DNA of 58,824 nt, counting the filler, from Trypethelium eluteriae (taxonomy: Eukaryota): the NCBI GenBank assembly GCA_051942245.1. It is 3 parts of 3 records of this genome, joined end to end, with 100 filler letters (N's around TTAATTAATTAA, not from the genome) between each part and the next. Parts side by side here need not be neighbours in the genome. Positions count along the whole stretch, not along the records: positions 1 to 19,583 come from JAVECL010000523.1; 2 more parts are not named here. The stretch is one strand, 5' to 3'. Positions 1 through 11,990 of this stretch are shown here, one piece after another (position 1 is the first letter of the stretch; the number at the start of each line of letters is the position of its first letter). The position numbers and the translations under genes were made by a program. Under the pieces are notes generated by a model. It worked only from the letters and a program-made list of their open reading frames with translations, did not search any database and was not told the origin of the DNA.

Positions 1-1202
1 GGGTTGGTGGGTGAGAAGATAGGAAGAGGATCGTGATTTAGCTCCATTCATCATAGAACTTTTACAGACCTGATACTGTGCATGTCAAGGTACTCGAGTA
101 CAGTTGGTTTCACGAAGAATGTCATGGAGACCTCGAACGACAGACATCTCAAATTCCAGACTGTTAGATTGATTCCTTCATCAGCAGTACCAATTGTTCA
201 ATAATACGCTTGTCGAAGAAGCGAGATCTATTTGTAGCCAAGGTCATTCCTACTTGAGAGTAACAGGTTCTTGCTCAGTTGCAAGACCTCACCAATCGAG
301 TCACAGCCCTTGGAAACTGACAGCCTCAACAAGTTGTTCAAGTAATTCCTATCACCTCAGACGAGCGCTCGGCACGCGGGCCTACACATGAGAAATCAAG
401 CTCCTAGAACGCCCTAAACGCCAGTGAGCACATTAGCTTATGAAGGACCTCGATGCTACAAGAGAAGAGACTGGAATTTTACGGCCAAATGATGACGCTC
501 CTGATGCGCAATGCAACGAGGGCAAGAACACAGTTTATGCTGATGTTGCCTTGTTTATCCCTCGCACTGGCTTCCACGCACGGACTTCAAATCACGTGCT
601 ATCGCCCATAGAAAAGTGGTCCGTGCGAGGCAGCCCTCAATACCAGTGCGAGGGATAAAGAAGCTCAAACGCTTGTCAAAGCGCAAGATTGTACATATCG
701 AACTGCGGCGGAAGCTACATGAGGGCGAAGAACTCTGTTGTTCTACATAGCCACAGCTGACTATTTAATGACCTCGGAAATTAAGGAGATGAAGCCTCTG
801 AGGTGGTCTATACCAATTCGGGCAGGAATCTGCACCACCAAGAGCGAGCCAATAGGACCCAGGAACATCGCCTAATAGAAGAGACAAAAAGGTGAGTTCT
901 CAGGTTCGACAGTACATGGTGACACTATAGCAGTTTACATCCAGGGCAGAGCGCTAAGCTGAATTGAATGCTCTCAATGCAGAAGAGCAGGATGACCTCA
1001 ATGAGGCTGGTGTTGATACGTGGTGTTTCCGACTCAGGCGCTTCAACATCTCCAGGCCCAAAGCAACGAATCATCTCAAGTATTACGCACGGTACATGAT
1101 CGAAGTGGTTTTACAAGCATATCTCTTGCCTCATACCTCGATGCACAACATTGCGAGGCAATTCTCCATTGAAGCATTTCCTTCAGAAGGAGATTGCGAG
1201 CC

Positions 1203-2504
1203 ATGGACGACTCAGCTCTCTGCGTAGCAATCATTGGCGCCGGGCTCTCCGGCCTTGCACTGGCACTCGCCCTCCACCAGCAAGGTATCAATACGTCAGT
1301 TTATGAAGCCCGCGATGCCCCACTTGACATAGGAGGTGGGCTTATGTTGACGCCAAACGGCTTGAAAGTACTCGAAAAATTGGGAATCTATCAATTCTTG
1401 AACACTCAAGGCTATAATTTCGACCGAATCTATTTCCAAGATGGCGACAGCGGCCGTATTTTAGAAACTATTGAATATGGTGGTCTTAAGCGCTATGGAA
1501 TCCGAGCGCTACGTACATATCGCCGCACCGTCCTAAAAGAGCTTCTCGCAAAGACACACGAGGAGGGGATTCCCATTCACTTCGGTCGCAAATTCACCCA
1601 GATTGTGTCCGAGACAGATGATAACGTCACTTGGGAGTTTGCAGATGGTACCACCGAGACTGCATCACTATTAATTGGTGCTGATGGTATTCATTCGACT
1701 GTGCGGCGATATCTTGCACCAGGAGTGGAACCTACCTTTGGTTCAATGGCAGCTATTGTAGCAGCTATTCCCACGGCGCAGCTAGAGCTTCCAAAGGCTG
1801 ACCTGGATGACTTGAACAACGCATCAAACGCCAATCCACTACCAGGAGGTATAGTGGTGCCGAAAGTGGGAGCTTTTGTTATTGCACCACAAACCTTTAG
1901 CGGCGATGAAGTAATGATCACCGTCCAGCGTGCAATGTCAGAGGCTACTCATGGGCATTGGACAGATCTAGATGCCGATAAAGAAGCCTTAAAAGCACTC
2001 TTTCGCCAGAACGCTGACCGCTTTCCGCCTATGGTGCAAAATGCTGTTCGTGATACTCCTCACGCGAACCTAAAAATTTGGCCCTTCTATCATATTCCGC
2101 GCCTCAACCGCTGGACTTCAGCTCAAGCTCCAGGCGGCTGTGGTCGCGTAGCTATTCTTGGTGACAGTGCTCATGCGCTTCCTCCCAGCGCTGGTCAAGG
2201 CGTTAACCAAGCCTTTGAGGATGCGTATACTTTCGCTCTCGTGCTTGGTCGATTGTTTCTCAACTCAAGCATCCAGAAGCCCACAAACGACCAGCTCCAG
2301 AAGACTCTATACAGCTGGCAATTATTTCGTCAGGCACGTGTCGACCGCGTGCTTGATTTGAACCGCCAGATGGATCTTCGCAGAATGCCTGGAGCTCCAG
2401 ATAAAGACATAACAGCAATGGATTCGGCCTTTGACTGGCCATTCAAGATTGATTTCGATGCGGGAGTGACGGAGTGTATGGAGAGTGCCGACGTGACGCT
2501 ATGA
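1203..2504 (+). CDS. FAD-dependent monooxygenase (salicylate hydroxylase-like, group A flavoprotein)
   Basis: Single ORF from ATG 1203 with IIGAGLSG Rossmann motif, LIGADGIHSTVR (DG motif) and ILGDSAHALPPSAGQGVNQAFEDA (GD motif). Confidence 0.92.
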   Translation: MDDSALCVAIIGAGLSGLALALALHQQGINTSVYEARDAPLDIGGGLMLTPNGLKVLEKLGIYQFLNTQGYNFDRIYFQDGDSGRILETIEYGGLKRYGIRALRTYRRTVLKELLAKTHEEGIPIHFGRKFTQIVSETDDNVTWEFADGTTETASLLIGADGIHSTVRRYLAPGVEPTFGSMAAIVAAIPTAQLELPKADLDDLNNASNANPLPGGIVVPKVGAFVIAPQTFSGDEVMITVQRAMSEATHGHWTDLDADKEALKALFRQNADRFPPMVQNAVRDTPHANLKIWPFYHIPRLNRWTSAQAPGGCGRVAILGDSAHALPPSAGQGVNQAFEDAYTFALVLGRLFLNSSIQKPTNDQLQKTLYSWQLFRQARVDRVLDLNRQMDLRRMPGAPDKDITAMDSAFDWPFKIDFDAGVTECMESADVTL

Positions 2505-3207
2505 GGTTAGCGATCGGACAGTACACTACAATTTTAATGGGCATAGGCTCGCAAGCTGTCACTTTCTTTCCCTCTCAGATATGAGGAGATTGCCGCAGAT
2601 GCATGTCAGCCGAGTAGCTTGTGCTATTCCTGACGTTTCTCACTCTAGTATGGCAATGGAGGCCGAACTCTGTCTGACTGCGCTGTTGTATTCATTCCTG
2701 CGGGCCGCACTACGCAAAAGATTTAGATGTAAAGGGGAAAGGGAACATTTTCAAATGATTCTATTTAGTGATGCCTATGGTTGAGAACACCAGCTGATAT
2801 AGGTAGGACAAATGATACCGAAAAGTGTGGGGCACTTACAACATCGTCATGTCCGGTATCTACAGGGTGGAGGGATCATATGCAAGCCGGTAACACTCAT
2901 TCCAGAACCATATAGTTTGCCCGCTATTCTAGTACGGCAGTACCCACCTTGTTACCTAGATGCCCATAACGATGTAATGCGGAAGATCTTCGAGGTTGCC
3001 TCTTATTCCGTACCCTCAGAATTATATTCCCTACATCTCTACCTATCTTATCCAATCAAAAGTCCTTTCATCTGCTTGTTTTTACCAACTTCTCACTATC
3101 GCCCCCTTACTTTCATTCTATCTCTCGTGTTGCGGTATCTACCCTCAAGATTTTCTAAGGCCGCTCTTTGTCTTTCATCATCCATACGCCAATAGAAATT
3201 CTATGAA

Positions 3208-3980
3208 ATGGAATCTTACTCCACAGAAGTAAAGGCTACATCTGCGAAGTCTCCTAAAAAGGTTGAGTCTACAAGCCTCGTGCCTGAAACGATGCTTCGC
3301 GTAGAGTCACAGAATCTTGAGTCAAAGACGACTGGGCTTCCACGCACAATTTTTCGCGAAGTCTTATTCCTTTTCGCGGTCTGTTACTCCCAAGTACTTA
3401 TCCAGGCTGATTTTACACAAGGGTTAGCTCCAGCGAACATCATCGCTCAGGGGTTTTCTACAGAGGATCCCACCCAGATCAGTTGGTTTTCGGCAGCATA
3501 TAACCTCACTCTCGGCACGTTTATATTGATTGCCGGCAGACTTGGCGACATATATGGTCGTAAATGGCTCCTTGTACTCGGCTACGTCTGACTCGCAATC
3601 TCATCTCTGCTGGCTGGATTGAGTGTTTGGTCGAAGTCGATCATCTTCTTTGATGTCTGCCGAGCATTACAGGGCATAGGCTCTGCCATCTGTCTTCCTA
3701 ACGCTTTAGGAGTACTCGGTCAGGTATATACTTGTGGAGTTCGGAAGAACATGGCCTTTGCGATCTTCGGTGCTTGCGCACCCAACGGCTTCCTCATCTC
3801 TGCTATATTTTCCACCTTGTTAGCACAGCTCAACTGGTGGCCCTGGGCCTATTGGACTACTTCTATAGTCTGTACTTGTCTTTCAGTATTCAGCATATTC
3901 TTTGTACCGAAGCTCGAACATCAAAAGATAAGTAGCTGAAACGGCTTCAATTTATAGAGCTACTTCTTGTAGTATTGTCA
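3208..3980 (+). pseudogene. MFS drug:H+ antiporter (DHA2/Atr1-like) pseudogene, 3'-truncated
   Basis: ORFs 3208-3591 and 3619-3939 share a frame, split by TGA where Trp is expected (GYV*LAISS). Motifs GRLGDIYGRK and RALQGIG are present. More stops follow from 3937, then AT-rich DNA; only about half of the transporter remains. Confidence 0.82.
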
Positions 3981-4019
3981 TCTTCGATGAGATTGTCCAG
4001 AAACTTCTTCAGAGATCGG

Positions 4020-4262
4020 AAATATAGCTGTATAAACTAATATATATGTCAAGCAGAATCTAGAGAGATATATATAAGTAACATCCAGAATTTACTTTTT
4101 TTTTATATGTAGATTAAATATATCTAATCCACTTTATTAAAAAAAAAAAACTACTTATTAAATATTCTAAAATAGAGGTTTCCAAACTCACTAGACTCTC
4201 ACTCTATTATTAGAATAGAATCAAACTCTATTCCCATTCTATCCATTCTATTGTGACTTCTA
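4020..4262. mobile_element. AT-rich RIP-like relic, possibly a DNA-transposon end
   Basis: Abrupt TpA-rich tract with short (A)TTCTAT/CTCTAT repeats at 4200-4252 resembling subterminal repeats; it coincides with truncation of the MFS gene. Confidence 0.35.
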
Positions 4263-4730
4263 CTTTTAAGAAGTCAAGATCTGGACGTAGATTTACCCGA
4301 CCGCAGCTATCTACCAATTAAATTTTATTAGTGTCTTTTCGGAAGCCATGAAAATACCTTTCACAGTACCTTAATTCCAGAAATGCGTGAATGGATGGAG
4401 TTAATAAAGGGACAAATGAAGGAAGACGGTTGGATGGAACATGGGCATTGGAAGGAGCAAGTCAACCCGTTTTGAACGGCAAAATGCAGTTCTGAGCAGA
4501 CTTAGAAGCCGACACCAAAACATCTTGCATTTCTTGAGAGCATTTAGTGAGCGCTCGACATGAGCCCGTTAGGAAATATTTGGCATTAGATACAATACAA
4601 AAGGGTATTACCAACATGAATTACCTTCCCGATCGTTCCGTTCATGCCATTACCGAAAGCTACGCGACAAGATTACATTACCGCGCCAAGATGCTTCCAA
4701 AACTTTTAGAGCCTCAATAGCCGTCGTAAA

Positions 4731-7541
4731 CTACCTTTTGCTTACACCAGCGTTGAGAGCGTCCTGCAGATGAGACTGCTGCTGCTTCAGATACGAGCAT
4801 TGATAGTCGGTGGCTGGTGAGGGGTAGCAGTACCCTAACTTCACTTCATAACTATGCGACGGATCTCGCAGATTGCCTCCAGAGTTAAGCTTCGAGCCTG
4901 TAGATGTAAAGCCCTGACACTGCTCGTTATTCTTGCAGTTCCCACCGGTGTTACTAGTAGGTAAGCATGACTGGAGACAAACGAAGTCCTCGATGTTTCC
5001 GTTCGTCGTAGTGCATTGTCTTCTGCATGATGTGTTCCGGCAAGGGAAGTCCACTTTTTTACAGATGGCGCCGTTGTTGCACAAGCGTTGCTCGGGCCCA
5101 CCTTTGCCATTTCCGCAGAGCGTGAGTGGCTTGTTGTATTTGCTAGTGATATCCTCATCAGGAACACCGAGATGATCCTTCCAGCTAGATAGCGAAAGCC
5201 CATCCTCGATGTACTCTCCCACGCTGACATCGCTAGCTGGGGTCGATCGCTTTTGTCGGACGTTTGCCGTGTTCTTAGCGGGCGCGGTGACACCTGTTGA
5301 GCCAGGCACGCAGATTGAAGTGTCGTTGTATCTAGCATTCCAGACATCTCGCCAGAGCCGACCGTAATCATTGATATTGGCAAAGGTCCAATAAATGCGA
5401 CAGTCCGCTGGAAGATAAAGGAACTGATTTGGGGTAGTGGCGTTTGGTCGAACCTGATCTCTCAAGGTGAAACCGAAATAAGTGATGACCATGCCAGGAT
5501 CCCGTACTTGGGGTAGCTGGTCCCCAGCAGTCGCATTTTTTTCGACTGTTGTAGCAAAGTCGCCATCTAGTTCATCGCTACTGTACGACGTGGCACCACG
5601 AGATCCGCTTGCAGCCTGCATAGGTCCTGGTTCTGGTCGCCCGCCAACCACAACCGTTTGCGCTCCAGCATCCTGTGTCATCATCTCCACAAACAGCGTG
5701 CATGCTGATGTACAAAGGCCATCAGTCAGCAAAATTATGTCTTTCCCCTGCCACAGGGTCGAATCGTCGCAACTATTGTCGAAGTAGCAGTCTGGAAAAT
5801 CGATGTCCAGGTCGGACTCGTCAAAAAGCTGGCTAGATAAATTGTACCGCTGCGTCAGTGAGAAGTAGTCTCCATTGAAGTGCTGCGGACCGTAGAATTC
5901 AGCCCACGAGCTGAAGTTCTGGCCAGTCTCCGCGTTGAGTCGCGGAGTAACGACCCATTCCTCATAAAGAGCGTTAAAGTATGCTTGAGCCTCATCTCCA
6001 CTGTCTAGACTTTGAAAATATGCTGTGAAGGTGTTTCCAATTATATTTGCCATTTCGTGCGATCGCATGCGACTTCCTGCATATGGGAGTTTATGAGGAA
6101 AGAATTGCCGAAAGGTATCAAACGCAAGTGATGCTTGGCCGCCGGTGTTTTGTTGCAAGTCGATGATGATCTTGATCGCATTATTCTTACTAGCCGCATC
6201 GGTGAAGACAGACACAGCGCTGCTAAAAGTGTCGATGCCTTTGCCATATTCCGTGAATGATGGAATACTCAACACCGCTGTCTCAATATCCTCGAGATAG
6301 TAGCTCGTTATGATTCCTGAACTATCAGAGCCCAGATATTGTTGACGTGTTAGAGTATTGTTTGGGTATGCAGGGGAGACAGAGTTCCATGACAGGAGTG
6401 GTGCGGTGTCCGTGTCAATGCCGGTCGAGTTGTCTGGAGGTAACGAAGAATAGTACTTCTGGAGTTCCTCGTCATAATTTGCCGGAGGATTGCCAAGGAC
6501 AAAGTAGTTATAGAAGTCGCCGCCAGTAGTCAGCGGTCCGGTGAAGCCTGGGCTGTTGTACAGTGCAAGCCAGTAGAAGCCTTGCTCGGTACTGTTCTTC
6601 CAGGTAACATTAATGGCATCGCCGTCGTAAAAGTTGGCGCCACCCGAGAAGGCATTGGCGCTACCTATAATATCTTGAGCTGGACTTTCCATAAGATTGT
6701 TCCAATCTGCATGCGGCTCGACCATGCCGATTGAATTTTTCTGTGCGAAACTAGTCAAATAGTCGACCACAGGGACGTTGTTGATGCTTTCAACTGCAGA
6801 AACTGTACAGTTTGAGTGCTGTCCGTTACATGCCAAGAGGTCATCTATGCCAATGTCAATGGATATTACAATATTGATTGGGATACTTCACTTACCGTGG
6901 AAATAAATTTCAGGCACTTGTTTGCCGTCCGGTGATACTGTGACTAGAGCAAAGGGGCTGTAAATAATCTGTCAGCCTCCTGTGTCAGCCAATCGACTTA
7001 ATCACTGGCCTTGCGAAGGTGAACTGGTTAAGTGCTCCAGCATATAGGACAGCATGGGAGTCATGTGTAGCTTGACTCAACGCCTGGAGATCGGCTTCAA
7101 AAGCATACTGATTCTGGTAGAAGCCGGCATTGACTCGGTCCTGAATTTGTTGCAGTCGCGCTTGGAAATCCAAAGCCGGCTGTTGATACGTCGATGGCGG
7201 ATTTTTGAGATAGGTCAACGTGCTCTGGAACTGCATCGTTTCGTTGAAGTAAGTTATGAACCTGCTCGCGACTTCGGGATGAAATGGGACGCTGATCAGA
7301 CAAGCAATAACGTCGGAAGCAAAGAACCAGTATTGATCTATCGCTTGTTTAGACAGCAACCTCGTACTTTCACAAGCGACTGACCTTGATATATGTTATC
7401 GGAGACGATATCGCCGCATATTGTAGGCTGCGGACTAGGAGGAGTACCATTCAGATCGACCGTTTGCGATGCAACATCGTCGCCACCAATCACCGCTGAG
7501 CATCCAAGGAGGACCATAGACAACGCCGTACTCCAAAGCAT
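4731..7541 (-). CDS. Secreted peptidase S41-family protein with C-terminal Cys-rich extension
   Basis: Exons ~7541-7385, 7337-7010, 6957-6896, 6844-4731 splice in frame. Signal peptide MLWSTALSMVLLGCSAVIG; S41 motifs HDSH, AVLSIPSF, IIIDLQQNTGG, LLTDGLCTSAC, VVVGGRP-x-GPMQ. Confidence 0.85.
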
Positions 7542-8060
7542 AATGAATGCGCGCAAAAACAGAGATGCGTTGGGGTGCAAATGGCTCGTAGTCTTGCGCG
7601 AAGAGATTTCGTATATATAGTGTTCAGCTCCGTGATTACGACCGGTGAATAAGGCATAAAGGCAACGCCAGGCGATCGATAGATGTGGATCAGATTAAAC
7701 AGCCGAGTACTACATTGAGATGTGAACGTTGCGGTGGTTGCCTAGTACCTAGGTAGGTTTTATTGAGCGGAGCCTTTTCAGGGGTTGCTGTTGACGGAAC
7801 GGGTCCGTTGTGCCACTTCGACGTTAAATTACTGGTCAATTACCATCTGCAGGCAGGGCTGATCGTTGCGGATATAGCAGGCAGGCTGCATCTCCACCGT
7901 AAATTATCGCGTACTGCGGAGTTACTGCAACCTGGCCCCAGCTGAGGCTCGCCAAGGCTAGCTTCGGCGAACATCTGCTTTGATAACTCTATAACGCAGT
8001 GGACTGGCGGTTTTGACCTTCTCTAGATGATATCCGCAGTACTGTTAACTCAACTCCGCC

Positions 8061-11000
8061 ATGGCAGAAGAGCCCAACACCGCTGGCAGATTGCGCAGCC
8101 TGATTCTGAAAGCAGTCCCGGAACTTAAGAATCGGGACAAGGCTGAACAGTTACCGCGAATGCTAGAAATCGTCCAGCTCATTTCCCAGCAGCAGCAGCA
8201 ATTCGAGTCCAAAAATATTGTCGACGACCATACAGACGAGTTTGCACCTTCGAGATCCTTCCGGCCCATCAGGAAATCGAAGCATCTGCGACTCAATGGC
8301 GAGCAGCAAGATGCTTTTCTGCATGAGCTTTCACCCTTCGATTTCAAGCAGACACAGAAGAAGCAATTGAAGGGATATATTGAGATGCGATCATGGTTCC
8401 TTGACTCTGAACAATACATGAACTGGCTTCAGGGCAAATCATGGCAGCTTTGCTTGTATGGAGACCGTGGATGTGGCAAGGTTCTGCATTAAACAGTCCC
8501 TTATGTCTGGATCAGGCTGATCGAAAATCCAGACCATGTTCGCCGCCGCCATCGCAAGACACCTGCAAGAGAGATTTCTGAGAACTGACCGTGCTGTTAT
8601 CGTCCTCTTTCTTGCGCCTGGAGAAGCTGTGAGCGAGCAACGTCGCCTCCTTCACAATGAGCCTAGACCAGTCGACACCTTGTTGCGGACTGTTCTCCGA
8701 CAGCTCATCGAGTCGAAGCTCCAACAAGGTCTCTCCTCCAGTGTTCTTGAGAAGCTTAGGGCTAGTGCGAGTAGCACCATCGACTCGTCCCTGCCAGCGA
8801 TAAGATCTTATATTCTCGAGGAAATCGCCGGTTTCAAGGGAGTCTTTTTCGTGGTAGATGGAGTAGAGCAATGCCCTGAGTCTTTTCAGGGCTCAGTTGC
8901 GGACGAGCTACTCAAGCTATCCAGCGCTCGTGTTAGTATCCTAATCACACAATCCTCCGCAAAACCCGGCAATGTTATCAACATCAGATGCAGCCGAAGT
9001 GAATGTGCAAGAAGCAGTGTCGTGCTCTATTGGCGGTGCGCTGTATGTAACGAGGGAGACTACCATCTTTGTCAACTCTGCATCGACCATGGCTATCATT
9101 GTCTCGATGAGTAAGTCGTCCGAGAGTACTGTGTGTCGATTAAGGTGGCCTGGTAGCCTGCTGCGACTTCTAATTAAATGACGGTTACTAACGCATCACA
9201 TTTGACAGGGGACATAAGATGGAAGAGCCGTATACTGCCGTAGAGATGCCGCTCAAGACGACCGAGAGTAATCTGCTTGGCTATATCCAACAAAAGCTCA
9301 AGCGCGAGATAGACCGCAGTCCCCTCTTGAAGAAGAAGCTCAACAACGCCCAGCAGGTAATTCGCAGAATGGAAAATACCATTGCGGCCCGGGCTTCGGG
9401 GCTTCCCATTGTAGCCAAAATCTACATCGAGTACCTCAGTCACAACCAATCGTTCGAGGAGATCTTAGACAAGCTCGATCATTTGCCGCAGACGGAGGCA
9501 GACTACTTTGGTGGTCTCCTCGAGAAGGTTCTAGAGCAGGAGGATAAGGGCGATCGGTACCTAGGCCTATGCGCATTGGCGCTTGTTCGAACCGCATCTT
9601 ATGAGGCTGAAAGGAATCTAACTTTCGACGATCTCGCAGGCGCACTTGAGCAGCTCTACCTCAGCCAGGGTAAGGAGAGCCCGGATTTTACACCTGACAA
9701 GCTCCTTCGCGTAACAGGCGATCTCCTCACGATTTCCGGAGAAAGAAGCATGGAAATCCGTCCTTTCCACGATACCGTTAAGATCTTCTTGTACGAAGAT
9801 TGCGAGGAGAAATTCCGAGAAGTCAACCTTGACATGGCCCATCTCTGTCTGACGAGCCTCATGGAGTCCAGTGAGTTCTTAAGCAGCTTGAGAGGCACGC
9901 CGCACAACAATGCAGAGGCCTTCGTACGTCGTCCGTTCTTGAGGTACGCGATGCAATGCTGGGGCCACCATCTTTTGAAGTCGATCTCTAAAAAGGCCCA
10001 GGATGCTGCGCTTCGATTCCTCCAAGAATTATGGGTGTCACCGTCGATATTAATCCAAATGGCCCCTCTTGTTGGCAGTTTTCCTCTGGATTTCGAGCCA
10101 TGGTCCTTGTCAACGGGAATACATCTCTGCGCTTGGTTTGGTTTGCTCGAGCAACTCCGATTGTTGCGGGAGCGAGACTACGGTGTGGACATAAATGCGA
10201 AGGACATAGTCACTGGCCGGACACCCATCATGATCGCCTGCATGAGAGGTCACATTGATCTCGTCCGAGACCTCCTCAACGCTGGTGCGGATGCTACTAT
10301 CACATGCAACCAAGGCGCTACTGCGCTATGGCAAGCAGTACAGCGCAAGCACTGTGGGATTGTAGACTGTATACTAGCGAAGACTGAGCCTGCTTTTTTG
10401 AACAAGACATACTCTCATTTCTCCGCGCAAACTGCATTCATGCTTGCAATATCCCAGCAGAAGTCTGACGTGTGGAAGAGTTTCGTCAATAGGTCGGATC
10501 TGGATGTCAGTATCCAAGATGCATCGGGAAAGACGGCGTTGCACGTAGCGATGGAAAGCGGAAACGTTGTGTGTGCACAGTGGCTCGCCAATCATAGAGA
10601 CTTCCCACGCCTAGTAGATCTAGGCGACTCAGCCAACAAGAGGACTGCCTTGATGTACCTGATCGAATCGACCGCAGAGGCCTTTAAAGTAAGAGTCGAT
10701 GGCGACGGTCATAGCCAGAAAGTCGGAATCTTCAAGAAAATGCTCCAGTATGGCGCGAACATTGATGCAGTAGATGCAACAAGTTGCACACTCTTACATT
10801 ACGCAGCAAAGCAAGACGATGCAGAGGCCGACGAAATAGTGAGACATCTTGTCCAGACAGCCATGTCTTTAGATAGGCAGGACAAGGACGGCCGTACAGG
10901 GCTTCATATGGCCTGCGCATACGGCAACCTCGAGAAGGTTCGAATATTGACCGAAGCTGGAGCAAGTCGAACAGCAAGGGACGTTTGTGGTCGCACACCA

Positions 11001-11798
11001 GCTGATTACGCGATGTTACTGGAGCAGCATGAAGACGTGACTGCTATAGCGCGATCTGGAGGTACAGGCTCAGGAGCTGAGGAGCGCGACACTTTTAAAG
11101 GCTTTGAAAACAAGGAATCGAATCCTGCGGTTTGGCAACTGGTAATGCAAGAGGCCGATTCTTTCGCCGATGGTACTGCGAAAATGTCCGACCAAGCCAT
11201 TCAGGAAGCAGATCCTTTGGGCTGCACCGCGCTTCACTGCGCAATTATTATGAGCAAGCCACGAATGGTGGCACAGCTACTCGAAGACGGCCGGATCGAT
11301 GTGGATGCCGTCGATGTAGCCGGGTGCACGGCGCTTCACCTGCTCATCCATAGACTTGGAGCATATGATCTCGATGATAGTTTTGAGGAGATGGTTGATT
11401 TGCTGCTTCAGCATAGCGACACCTTGGGACCGAAGGACGATCATGGCAACTCGGTCTTAGATACAGTGATCGATCCAGCCTTTGAGGCAAAGAGACGGAG
11501 AATAGCGACGCGGCTCTTCATGCACGATCCAGACGTTTGCCTCTCCAAAGACCGCCTGCAGAAGCTTTTCAGACAATCATGTGGGCAAGACAATTCCCTC
11601 CTCGTGAACAAGCTCCTGGACGCAGGTGCTAATGTCCTCCTTAGAGGCGGAAGTGCAGGTGTTTGGCTACCGTCAGAAATAGCTTCCGACAGCAATTCCA
11701 ATACGGAGATAGTGAGCATACTCAGAGAAGCGGAGAATAATGCTTGCCTGGGAAGAAGGAGCGCATTTTGGAGGGCCCAAAGCGAGACAAAAGTGTAG
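8061..11798 (+). CDS. NLR-like STAND protein: NACHT domain with inserted ZZ-type zinc finger plus C-terminal ankyrin repeats (~1195 aa)
   Basis: Exons 8061-8480, 8533-9110, 9209-11798 (GT-AG, in frame). Walker A GDRGCGK|T spans intron 1; Walker B VFFVVDG; GLP motif; PFLRYAMQCWGHH; many GxTxLHxA ankyrin motifs. Confidence 0.88.
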
Positions 11799-11990
11799 TC
11801 GCAAAGTGTTCATTATTCATCTAATATCCAAAGAAGTTACCTATAGTGAAGGTGAAGAAGTGGTACCTTAGCTTAGGTACCAGGCCAGGTACCTACCTCC
11901 TACCTAGGTAGGTAACCTTACCTGTGGTCCTGGACTGGTCACGTGTACCTGCCCCTCATTCCTCCCCTTAACAGCACAGCAGCTGTGCAG

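Noticed and set aside
1..1190. Short ORFs upstream of the monooxygenase
   Set aside because: No motifs or coherent exon structure.
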